This document shows, piece after piece, positions 8,602 to 15,760 of a stretch of 15,760 nucleotides of DNA. Origin of the DNA: an uncultured Nitrospiraceae bacterium (GTDB lineage: Bacteria > Nitrospirota > Thermodesulfovibrionia > Thermodesulfovibrionales > Dissulfurispiraceae); contig CAMTVO010000035.1 of NCBI GenBank assembly GCA_947085205.1, positions 1 to 15,760 of the forward strand, in the 5' to 3' direction. Position numbers and translations under genes: made by a program. The notes under the pieces were generated by a model. The model did not search any database. It saw nothing but the letters and a program-made list of their open reading frames with translations, and was not told where the DNA came from. Within the stretch, counting starts at the first letter, position 1; each line of letters opens with the position of its first letter.

Positions 8602-9648
8602 TTAATAAACTTTTAGCAGTTTTTCATATAGTTCTTCAGGTGTGATGATTCCTCCGCCCGGCCTTCCGTAAAAGAGAACCTCCGACTTTCCATTGACTGC
8701 AAGCCTTACATCCTCCACCATCTGACCTGCATTCAATTCCACTGTAATAAAGCTTCTGTTTGCGCCGGCTAATTCGCTTATCTGTTTTTCGGGGAAGGGG
8801 AAGAGAGTTACGGGTCTGAAAAGTCCGATTTTGTGCCCCTCGCTTCTCAGCCTTCTCACAGCAGCCATTGCAATTCTGGCTGCGATTCCAAAGGCAACGA
8901 CGATTAATTCTGCATCATCTGTATTGTATGTCTGAAATCTCACCTCATTTTCTTTCATCTTCCGGTATTTAGCCTGAAGCATATAATTTCTCTGTTCAAG
9001 CTCTCCATCTCCCATGAAGAGGGATTTTACTACATTGGGCCTTCTGTTCTCGCAGCCTGAAAGCGCCCAAGTTTTTTCTGGAAGCTCAGGCTTTACATAA
9101 GGCATCGGAACAAAAGGCTCCATCATCTGTCCGAGTATCCCGTCGCCGAGTATCATAACCGGATTTCTGTATTCGTCAGCCTTGTCAAAGGCGAGCATTG
9201 TCAAATCCCATAATTCCTGAAGATTGTAAGGCGCATAAACCAACAGCCTGTAGTCGCCGTGACCTCCGCCCTTGACTGCCTGAAAATAGTCAGCCTGGCT
9301 TGCCGAGATGTTTCCGAGACCAGGCCCTCCCCTCTGCATGTTCACGATAACTGCAGGAAGCTCTGCTCCCGCAAGGAATGAAATGCCCTCCTGTTTGAGG
9401 CTTATACCCGGACTGCTCGATGACGTCATTGCCCTTGCAGCGCAGGCTGCTGCACCATATACCATGTTTATTGCAGACAGTTCACTCTCTGCCTGAATAA
9501 ATGTTCCGCCGACCTCAGGCATGCGTCGCGACATGTATTCAGGAATTTCATTCTGGGGTGTTATAGGATAGCCTGCGTAGAATCTGCATTCAGCCTGTAT
9601 TGCAGCCTCTGCAACGGCATCATTGCCTTTCATCAGGATTTTTTTCAT
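8602..9648 (-). CDS. vorB: 2-oxoacid:ferredoxin oxidoreductase alpha subunit, 3-methyl-2-oxobutanoate dehydrogenase VorB type
   Basis: MKGNDAVAEAAI, GYPITPQ, QAESE, TSSSSPGISLKQEG, RGGPGLG and KGGGHGDY motifs. Confidence 0.88.
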   Translation of the reverse strand: MKKILMKGNDAVAEAAIQAECRFYAGYPITPQNEIPEYMSRRMPEVGGTFIQAESELSAINMVYGAAACAARAMTSSSSPGISLKQEGISFLAGAELPAVIVNMQRGGPGLGNISASQADYFQAVKGGGHGDYRLLVYAPYNLQELWDLTMLAFDKADEYRNPVMILGDGILGQMMEPFVPMPYVKPELPEKTWALSGCENRRPNVVKSLFMGDGELEQRNYMLQAKYRKMKENEVRFQTYNTDDAELIVVAFGIAARIAMAAVRRLRSEGHKIGLFRPVTLFPFPEKQISELAGANRSFITVELNAGQMVEDVRLAVNGKSEVLFYGRPGGGIITPEELYEKLLKVY

Positions 9649-9654
9649 GGGTCG

Positions 9655-9678
9655 ATTATAACAAGGCTATGTTAAAAT
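9655..9678. promoter_or_regulatory. Back-to-back extended -10 promoters for vorB (-) and mutL (+)
   Basis: Minus strand TGtTATAAT (9663-9655), 6 nt before the vorB ATG; plus strand TGtTAAAAT (9670-9678), 5 nt before the mutL ATG. Confidence 0.6.
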
Positions 9679-9683
9679 AATCC

Positions 9684-11390
9684 ATGTCCAGTATACATGT
9701 CCTGCCGTTGAATCTGCGCAACAAGATTGCTGCCGGAGAGGTGGTTGAAAGGCCTGCATCCGTTGTGAAAGAGCTAATGGAAAACTCCATAGATGCCGGA
9801 GCTTCAAGGATTGAGATAGACATTGCAAGGGCAGGAAAAAGGCTTATTAAGGTCTCTGATAACGGTATCGGAATGGACAGGGAAGATGCGCTTCTTGCCT
9901 TTGAAAGATATGCAACGAGTAAGATAAAAGATGAAAACGACCTCTTTCGTATCAGGACAATGGGGTTTCGCGGAGAGGCGCTCTCATCAATCGCATCTGT
10001 CTCAAAGGTTAGATTAATTACCGCTGCATCAACTCCAGCCTCCGAACTCCTGACTCCTGACTCATCAGCAGGCACATGCATCGAGATTGTCGGCAGTGAG
10101 ACAAAGGATGTTAAGGACTGCGCGGCATTAGGCACGACCATCGAGATAAAAGACCTGTTTTTCAATACGCCCGCGAGGCGCAAGTTTCTTAAATCGGACA
10201 GCACAGAAAATTACCACATCATCGATACCGTAACGAGAGAGGCGCTCTCGCATTATCGTATAGGATTTGTACTCAGGATGGATGGGGATGATGTTTTGAA
10301 CTTGCCTGCTGCATTGTTCATAAGGGAAAGGCTTGCGCAGGTGTTCGGCGCGGACTTCATTGACGGGCTTCTTGAAATCGAAACTCAAACCAGCGACATC
10401 GGCATTAGGGCTTTTCTGGGCAAGGCTGCAAATGTAAGAAATAACAAAAACAATCAATTTCTTTTTATCAACAACAGGCCTGTTAGTGACAGATCTGTGA
10501 CATATGCCGTTTATAAAGCTTACGAGGGCATGATACCTAAGGATAAGCACCCTATATTCTTTCTTTTCATGGATATAAATCCTGGAATAGTGGACTTCAA
10601 TGTCCACCCGACAAAGAGAGAAGTGAGGTTTGCAGACAAAAGTACTATATTTAACGCGGTATATAGGGCAGCGAGCGGAGCATTGAAAAATGGAGCAATT
10701 GAGGCACGAAAAGATGGAGTATCTTCACATTCCTCTATGGTTTCTGAATCATTTTCCTTTTATGACATCATCTCGCACATGGAGAGCATTCCGTTTATTT
10801 ACCTCGGCGATACCTTTGTTGCAATACCCGAGAAAAACGGCCTTACCATTGTCGATTATCATGCCGCTCATGAAAGAATTAATTACGAAAGACTTCTGAA
10901 AGGGTCATCCTTCGACAAGCTCAGGACGGGGGTTAATGGTCAAGGGTCATCTTACAGACTCCTTTTCCCGCAGCAGGTGAAATTGCAGAGCAGCGAATAC
11001 AGGGTGATACTTGAAAATAATGATGTTCTGAATGGTCTTGGTCTCGAAGTCGAAGATTTCGGACACAACACTATAATAGTTCGCAGTCTTCCTGAATTTT
11101 TGAGGGATGCGGATTTGAATGCATTGATGAGCGATATGGCAGCAGCATTAATAAATCCCGCAAAACTCGAAAATGAAGATTTAGAGCCTATGGATTCTGT
11201 AAAAAAGATGCTTGCTGCAAAGATGGCATGCCATTCGTCCATAAGAGGGAAAGAGGTTCCTGATGGTATGAAGATTGCTCAGTTGCTTAAAGACCTTGAT
11301 AATATGGAGAATCCGAATGCCTGTCCTCACGGAAGGCCGACGAAGATTTTTATATCAACGGATGAATTGAGGAAGATGTTTAAGAAGTAA
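9684..11390 (+). CDS. mutL: DNA mismatch repair endonuclease MutL
   Basis: [46 protein letters not shown]-terminal [15 protein letters not shown] and CPHGRP. Confidence 0.97.
   Translation: MSSIHVLPLNLRNKIAAGEVVERPASVVKELMENSIDAGASRIEIDIARAGKRLIKVSDNGIGMDREDALLAFERYATSKIKDENDLFRIRTMGFRGEALSSIASVSKVRLITAASTPASELLTPDSSAGTCIEIVGSETKDVKDCAALGTTIEIKDLFFNTPARRKFLKSDSTENYHIIDTVTREALSHYRIGFVLRMDGDDVLNLPAALFIRERLAQVFGADFIDGLLEIETQTSDIGIRAFLGKAANVRNNKNNQFLFINNRPVSDRSVTYAVYKAYEGMIPKDKHPIFFLFMDINPGIVDFNVHPTKREVRFADKSTIFNAVYRAASGALKNGAIEARKDGVSSHSSMVSESFSFYDIISHMESIPFIYLGDTFVAIPEKNGLTIVDYHAAHERINYERLLKGSSFDKLRTGVNGQGSSYRLLFPQQVKLQSSEYRVILENNDVLNGLGLEVEDFGHNTIIVRSLPEFLRDADLNALMSDMAAALINPAKLENEDLEPMDSVKKMLAAKMACHSSIRGKEVPDGMKIAQLLKDLDNMENPNACPHGRPTKIFISTDELRKMFKK
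10031..10065 (+). repeat. Five AACTCC-family heptamers inside mutL
   Basis: aactcca gcctccg aactcct gactcct gactcat. Confidence 0.75.
10900..10951 (+). repeat. REP-like segment flanked by a 10-bp direct repeat inside mutL
   Basis: AAGGGTCATC at 10900-10909 and 10942-10951 brackets CTTCGACAAGCTCAGGACGGGGGTTAATGGTC. Confidence 0.7.
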
Positions 11391-12636
11391 CCCTTTTTAT
11401 ATCAGCCCCGACATGCCTGAGTTTTTCGTCCATTTTTTCGTAGCCCCTGTCGAGGTGGTAAATCCTGTGGATTGTCGTCTCGCCTTCGGCGCATAATGCA
11501 GCGACTACGAGCGATGCAGATGCCCGCAGGTCTGTGGCCATTACAGGAGCGCCTTTTAACCTCTCCACGCCTTTCACAGTGGCAGTACCGCCTTCTATGC
11601 TTATGTCAGCGCCCATTCTCTTCAGTTCCGCTACATGCATAAACCTGTTTTCGAATACCGTCTCTTTGATAACACTGGCGCCCTTTGCTATTGCCATCAT
11701 TGCCATGAACTGAGCCTGCATGTCTGTCGGGAATCCAGGATAAGGTATTGTCTTTGCATCCTTTGCAGACAGTCTTTCAGTACCTATAACCCTAAGCCCT
11801 TTTTTTGTCTGTTTGAATACAACTCCAGTGTCTTTAAGTTTCATTATCACTGCATCGAGATGTTCCGGCTTGCAGTTTTTGAGGATTAGGTCTCCTCCCG
11901 TAATCCCTGCTATGGCCATGAATGTTCCTGTCTCTATCCTGTCAGGAATTATTTCGTAGTTGCCTGCCGGCTTCAACTCATCCACGCCCTCTATTTCGAT
12001 TACGCTGTTCCCTGCGCCATGTATCTTCGCGCCCATTGCGATTAGGCAGTTTGCAAGGTCGACTACTTCAGGTTCTCTTGCTGCGTTTTCTAAAACGGTT
12101 GTTCCTTTTGCCAGCGCTGCAGCCATCATGAGGTTTTCTGTGCCTGTCACGGTAATTGTATCGAAATAGATGGAAGCGCCCTTTAAGCGGTTTGCCTTTG
12201 CGATGACATAGCCTGATTGAAGCTGTATCTTTGCGCCCATCTTCTCAAGTCCCATGAGATGGAGGTTTATCGGCCTTGCGCCTATGGCGCATCCTCCGGG
12301 CAGAGAGACCCTTGCCCTGCCGAATCTTGCCACGAGAGGGCAGAGCACGAGTACAGAGGCGCGCATGGTCTTTACCAATTCGTATGGGGCTTCAAAGCTG
12401 CCGATGGCAGAGGTGTTTATCGTCACAGAGCCGTCTTTATAGCTGAATCCCGCCCCCATATTGGACAAGAGCTTTCCCATAGTCTTTACATCCATCAAAT
12501 TTGGAATTCGGGACATTGTATTTTCCCCTGGAGCCAGGATAGACGCAGTCATTATGGGCAGCGCAGCATTCTTTGCGCCGCTTATCTTTACTTCGCCTTT
12601 AAGGGATATGCCCCCTTTGATTAGCAATTTTTCCAT
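11380..12636 (-). CDS. murA: UDP-N-acetylglucosamine 1-carboxyvinyltransferase
   Basis: [25 protein letters not shown] (active-site Cys present), [25 protein letters not shown]. Confidence 0.98.
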   Translation of the reverse strand: MEKLLIKGGISLKGEVKISGAKNAALPIMTASILAPGENTMSRIPNLMDVKTMGKLLSNMGAGFSYKDGSVTINTSAIGSFEAPYELVKTMRASVLVLCPLVARFGRARVSLPGGCAIGARPINLHLMGLEKMGAKIQLQSGYVIAKANRLKGASIYFDTITVTGTENLMMAAALAKGTTVLENAAREPEVVDLANCLIAMGAKIHGAGNSVIEIEGVDELKPAGNYEIIPDRIETGTFMAIAGITGGDLILKNCKPEHLDAVIMKLKDTGVVFKQTKKGLRVIGTERLSAKDAKTIPYPGFPTDMQAQFMAMMAIAKGASVIKETVFENRFMHVAELKRMGADISIEGGTATVKGVERLKGAPVMATDLRASASLVVAALCAEGETTIHRIYHLDRGYEKMDEKLRHVGADIKRVTS

Positions 12637-12642
12637 AACGGT

Positions 12643-12671
12643 ATCTTAACATATCCTTAAAGAGTTATAAT
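12643..12671. promoter_or_regulatory. Back-to-back -10 elements for murA (-) and rel (+)
   Basis: Minus strand TGtTAAGAT (12651-12643), 6 nt before the murA ATG; plus strand TATAAT (12666-12671), 5 nt before the rel ATG. Confidence 0.55.
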
Positions 12672-12676
12672 TAAAC

Positions 12677-14797
12677 ATGGTTACAATCAATAAGTTAATA
12701 GAGAAGATCCTCTTTTATAACCCAAAGGCTGATGTGGAGTTGATAAAAAAGGCATACATCTTTTCGAGAGAGGCGCACTGCGCCCAAAAAAGAAGTGAAG
12801 GCACACCTTATATATACCATCCTCTGGCAGTGGCCAATATTCTTGCAGACATGAAGCTCGATACCGCTACTATTGCCGCCGGACTTCTTCATGACACTGT
12901 GGAGGACACAGGCACATCAACGGATGATATAAAGGATATGTTCGGCAGTGAAATCTCATTTCTTGTGGATGCATTGACAAAACTGAGCAGGGTCGAATTC
13001 AAGACAAAGGAAGAGGCGCAGGCAGAGAACTTCAGAAAGATGCTCCTTGCAATGTCAAAGGACGTGAGGGTTATTCTCATTAAATTTGCAGACAGGCTTC
13101 ATAACATGAAGACCATCAGGCATTTGCCTGAAGAAAAGCGGAGGAGAATTGCTGCAGAGACTCTCGATATTTATGCGCCGCTTGCTAACAGGCTCGGAAT
13201 CGGATGGCTGAGGACAGAGTTTGAGGACCTGAGTTTCAAAGCGCTTATGCCTGAGCTTTTCCGCGAGCTTCAGAAAAAGGTCGCTAAGCGGAAAGAGGAT
13301 CAAAAACGATACATTGATGAGGTGACGAATATTATTTCTGAAAAACTTTCAATCACTGGAATCCCCGCAAAGGTGAAAGGCAGAGTAAAGCACCTTTACG
13401 GAATCTATCAGAAGACGGTCAAGCAGAAGATACCTTTTGAGCAGGTTCATGATGTGATAGGACTGAGGATAATGACCGATACCGTCAGCCGCTGTTACGA
13501 CATACTCGGCATAATACATTCGTTATGGCCTCTGGTTCCCGGAAGGTTCAAGGACTTTATAAGCCTTCCAAAATCCAATATGTATCAATCCCTCCATACC
13601 ACCGTAATCGGACCCGGAGGGGACAGGGTTGAGTTCCAGATAAGGACAGAGGGCATGAATGAGATTGCCGAAGAAGGCATTGCAGCGCACTGGAGATATA
13701 AGGAGAGGGACAGCATCGATAAAAAGAATTCCAGACATGTAGCATGGCTAAGGGAACTTGTTAAGGAAATCTCGGATGCAAAAGAATTCCTCGAGGCAGT
13801 AAAAGGAGAGGTGATTCCCGATACTGTATATGTCTTTACTCCTAACGGGGATATAAAAGAGCTTCCTGTAGGCTCCACGCCTATTGACTTTGCGTACAGC
13901 ATACATACTCAGGTGGGGCATAAATGTGTCGGGGCAAAAGCCAACGGAAGGATAGTTCCTCTGAGGTATAAATTAAACAGCGGAGATGCCATCGAGATTA
14001 TAACATCTCCTCATCACTGGCCGAGCAAGGACTGGCTTAAGTTCGTTGTTACCCAGAGGGCAAAGAGCAGAATAAAGCAATGGATAAAGGCAGAGGAGAG
14101 GAAGCAGAGCATAGAGCTCGGAGCAAAGCTTATAGAGGAAGAGCTTAAAAGACACAGCCTCGCGCTTTCAATCCTGAAATCGGAAAAAATGGATGATGTG
14201 TTGAAATATTTCAGCCATCAATCCCTTGAAGACCTGTATGTCTCAATAGGGTACGGGAAAATATCGGCGCATCAGGCGGTTAACAGGCTCGCGCCTGAAA
14301 AGACAGAAAAGGCCGAAGATGCCAGTCTTCCCAAGCTCGTAAAAACCCCTTCGGATAAAAAGAGCGTTATCACAATAAAAGGCATAGACAATGTGCTTTA
14401 CCATGTAGCGAAATGCTGTTTCCCGGTTCCCGGCGACATGATTGTCGGATTTATCACAAAGGGAAAGGGCGTTACAATCCACAGGAGGGAATGCGGCAAT
14501 CTCGAAAGGCTCGCTGTTGATAATGAAAGACTGATAGATGTAGAGTGGAGCCGCGACAATGATATTACATCTCCGGCACGATTACACATCGAAAGCATGG
14601 ATAAGCCCGGAATGCTTGCCAATCTCAGCGCTCTAATCTCGTCTGCAGAAGTAAATATAAGCTCGATAAAAGCCAATTCGACCCATGACAAAAGGGCTTT
14701 ATTCGAACTTACCCTGGAAATTAAGAACAGAAGCCAGCTTACCCATCTTGTGAATAAGATATCGCAGGTGGATGGAATTCTGAATGTCAAGCGATAA
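12677..14797 (+). CDS. rel: Bifunctional (p)ppGpp synthetase/hydrolase (long RelA/SpoT homologue)
   Basis: Intact HD hydrolase motif (LLHDTVED), synthetase motifs (RFKD, YQSLHT, EFQIRT), TGS domain (VFTP..DFAY.IHT), zinc-finger domain (CCFPVPGD..H...C) and ACT domain. Confidence 0.95.
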   Translation: MVTINKLIEKILFYNPKADVELIKKAYIFSREAHCAQKRSEGTPYIYHPLAVANILADMKLDTATIAAGLLHDTVEDTGTSTDDIKDMFGSEISFLVDALTKLSRVEFKTKEEAQAENFRKMLLAMSKDVRVILIKFADRLHNMKTIRHLPEEKRRRIAAETLDIYAPLANRLGIGWLRTEFEDLSFKALMPELFRELQKKVAKRKEDQKRYIDEVTNIISEKLSITGIPAKVKGRVKHLYGIYQKTVKQKIPFEQVHDVIGLRIMTDTVSRCYDILGIIHSLWPLVPGRFKDFISLPKSNMYQSLHTTVIGPGGDRVEFQIRTEGMNEIAEEGIAAHWRYKERDSIDKKNSRHVAWLRELVKEISDAKEFLEAVKGEVIPDTVYVFTPNGDIKELPVGSTPIDFAYSIHTQVGHKCVGAKANGRIVPLRYKLNSGDAIEIITSPHHWPSKDWLKFVVTQRAKSRIKQWIKAEERKQSIELGAKLIEEELKRHSLALSILKSEKMDDVLKYFSHQSLEDLYVSIGYGKISAHQAVNRLAPEKTEKAEDASLPKLVKTPSDKKSVITIKGIDNVLYHVAKCCFPVPGDMIVGFITKGKGVTIHRRECGNLERLAVDNERLIDVEWSRDNDITSPARLHIESMDKPGMLANLSALISSAEVNISSIKANSTHDKRALFELTLEIKNRSQLTHLVNKISQVDGILNVKR

Positions 14798-14823
14798 AAA
14801 ATTACTCACGCCTTAAATTTCTC

Positions 14824-14852
14824 TTGACAAATGCTGTTTTTCTTGGTAAGGT
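14824..14852 (+). promoter_or_regulatory. sigma70 promoter for the HU gene
   Basis: TTGACA (14824-14829), 17 nt, TAAGGT (14847-14852) with an extended TG at 14844-14845. Confidence 0.65.
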
Positions 14853-14909
14853 TTATACCAAATCGTTGATATTCAACAATTCCACAAAAGAAAGGGGGGA
14901 AGTAAAAAG

Positions 14910-15182
14910 ATGACAAAGGCAGAACTTATTGATAAGATCGCATCCAACGCTGGTCTTACAAAGACCGATGCAGGCAAAGCGCTTGACGCAGCTCTCGATT
15001 CAGTCAAGGCAGCTCTTAAAAAAGGGCAGAAGGTAACGTTGGTCGGCTTTGGTACATATTCAGTATCAAAGAGAAAGGCAAGAAAGGGCCGCAATCCGAG
15101 GACTGGCGCAGAGATCAAGATTCCTGCAAGAAAGGTTCCGAAGTTCACAGCAGGCAAGACATTGAAAGATGCAGTAAAATAA
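14910..15182 (+). CDS. hup: DNA-binding protein HU
   Basis: [43 protein letters not shown]. Confidence 0.96.
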   Translation: MTKAELIDKIASNAGLTKTDAGKALDAALDSVKAALKKGQKVTLVGFGTYSVSKRKARKGRNPRTGAEIKIPARKVPKFTAGKTLKDAVK

Positions 15183-15199
15183 GATGGTTGTTTTTATCC

Positions 15200-15234
15200 A
15201 TAAAGGGCGGCTGAGTCAGCCGCCCTTTATTTTT
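15200..15234. terminator. Intrinsic terminator after hup, probably bidirectional
   Basis: ATAAAGGGCGGCTGA-G-TCAGCCGCCCTTTAT followed by TTTT; lies between convergent hup and copA. Confidence 0.88.
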
Positions 15235-15253
15235 GTCCAATACCTCTTTATGC

Positions 15254-15760
15254 TCATATCTTGACCCTTTTAAGCATGGCCGAGTTGGTAACAACAGACA
15301 ACGAGCTCAATGCCATTGCAGCCGCTGCGATTATGGGATTTAGAAGTCCGAAGGCCGCAATCGGGATGCCCACAGTATTGTAGATAAATGCCCAGAAGAG
15401 ATTCTGTTTTATCTTCCGCATTGTTGCCCTGCTGAGCTTTATGCCCTTGATTACGTCTCTCAGGTCGTCCCTTACCAGTATGATGCCGCCTGTCTCTTTT
15501 GCTACATCAGAGCCGCTGCCTATTGCTATACCGATATCTGCCTGGGCAAGTGCAGGTGAGTCATTGATACCGTCTCCCACCATTGCCACAACTTTTCCTT
15601 CAGCCTGAAGTTCTTTAATGACTTTAGACTTTTCACCGGGCAGGACATTTGCAACAATTCTTTCAATTCCCACTTTAGCGCCAATAGCCCTCGCGGTTTT
15701 TTCATTGTCTCCTGTCAGCATTACAACCTGAATACCTTCAGCTTTAAGTCTCCTCACTAC
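15254..15760 (-). CDS. copA: Heavy-metal (Cu+) translocating P1B-type ATPase, C-terminal part; start lies outside the window
   Basis: MLTGDN, MVGDGINDSPAL, QNLFWAFIYN (YN) and MALSS (MxxSS), the transmembrane signatures of P1B-1 Cu(I) pumps. Confidence 0.85.
   Translation of the reverse strand, partial: VVRRLKAEGIQVVMLTGDNEKTARAIGAKVGIERIVANVLPGEKSKVIKELQAEGKVVAMVGDGINDSPALAQADIGIAIGSGSDVAKETGGIILVRDDLRDVIKGIKLSRATMRKIKQNLFWAFIYNTVGIPIAAFGLLNPIIAAAAMALSSLSVVTNSAMLKRVKI

Noticed and set aside
10688..10760. Possible 8-bp repeat in the MutL linker and ORF 10690-10899
   Set aside because: Only ATGGAG recurs and the periodicity is too weak; the ORF is an out-of-frame overlap of mutL.
11380..12636. 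murA as a fosfomycin-resistant variant
   Set aside because: The active-site Cys in PGGCAIG is retained.
872..15157. Numerous 60-214 aa ORFs antisense or out-of-frame to tig, clpP/X, infB, rbfA, nrnA, vorB, mutL, murA, rel and hup
   Set aside because: They overlap well-supported conserved genes, have Ser/Phe/Leu-rich shadow composition and show no family motifs.
1..15760. A novel multi-gene system (defence, mobile element, prophage)
   Set aside because: Every supported CDS belongs to a known housekeeping or metabolic family, and no integrase, transposase or unknown ORF cluster is present. Any novelty is at the repeat and promoter level.

Overview
A compact, core-genome bacterial window, most likely from an anaerobic Nitrospirota/deltaproteobacterium-like organism (inferred from gene content only). 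Gene order: a partial sulfhydrogenase-beta/AsrA-like Fe-S gene (-, absent from the ORF track), tig-clpP-clpX (+), dciA-like and rpmB (-), infB-rbfA-DHH phosphoesterase (+), a stand-alone VorB-type 2-oxoacid:ferredoxin oxidoreductase alpha subunit (-), mutL (+), murA (-), bifunctional rel (+), HU (+), a bidirectional terminator and the 3' end of a Cu(I) P-type ATPase (-). No RNA gene, CRISPR array, transposase or new protein system is visible. Two sub-gene patterns stand out. (1) Short 7-9 bp tandem-repeat micro-arrays recur. A GAGTT/AACTC family sits at four gene ends with consistent polarity and can form hairpins. Related arrays and a 42-bp REP-like segment bounded by a 10-bp direct repeat lie in-frame inside mutL, the DHH gene and infB. 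(2) Two divergent gene pairs (vorB/mutL and murA/rel) have -10 boxes 5-6 nt from each ATG and no Shine-Dalgarno sequence, suggesting back-to-back leaderless transcripts.
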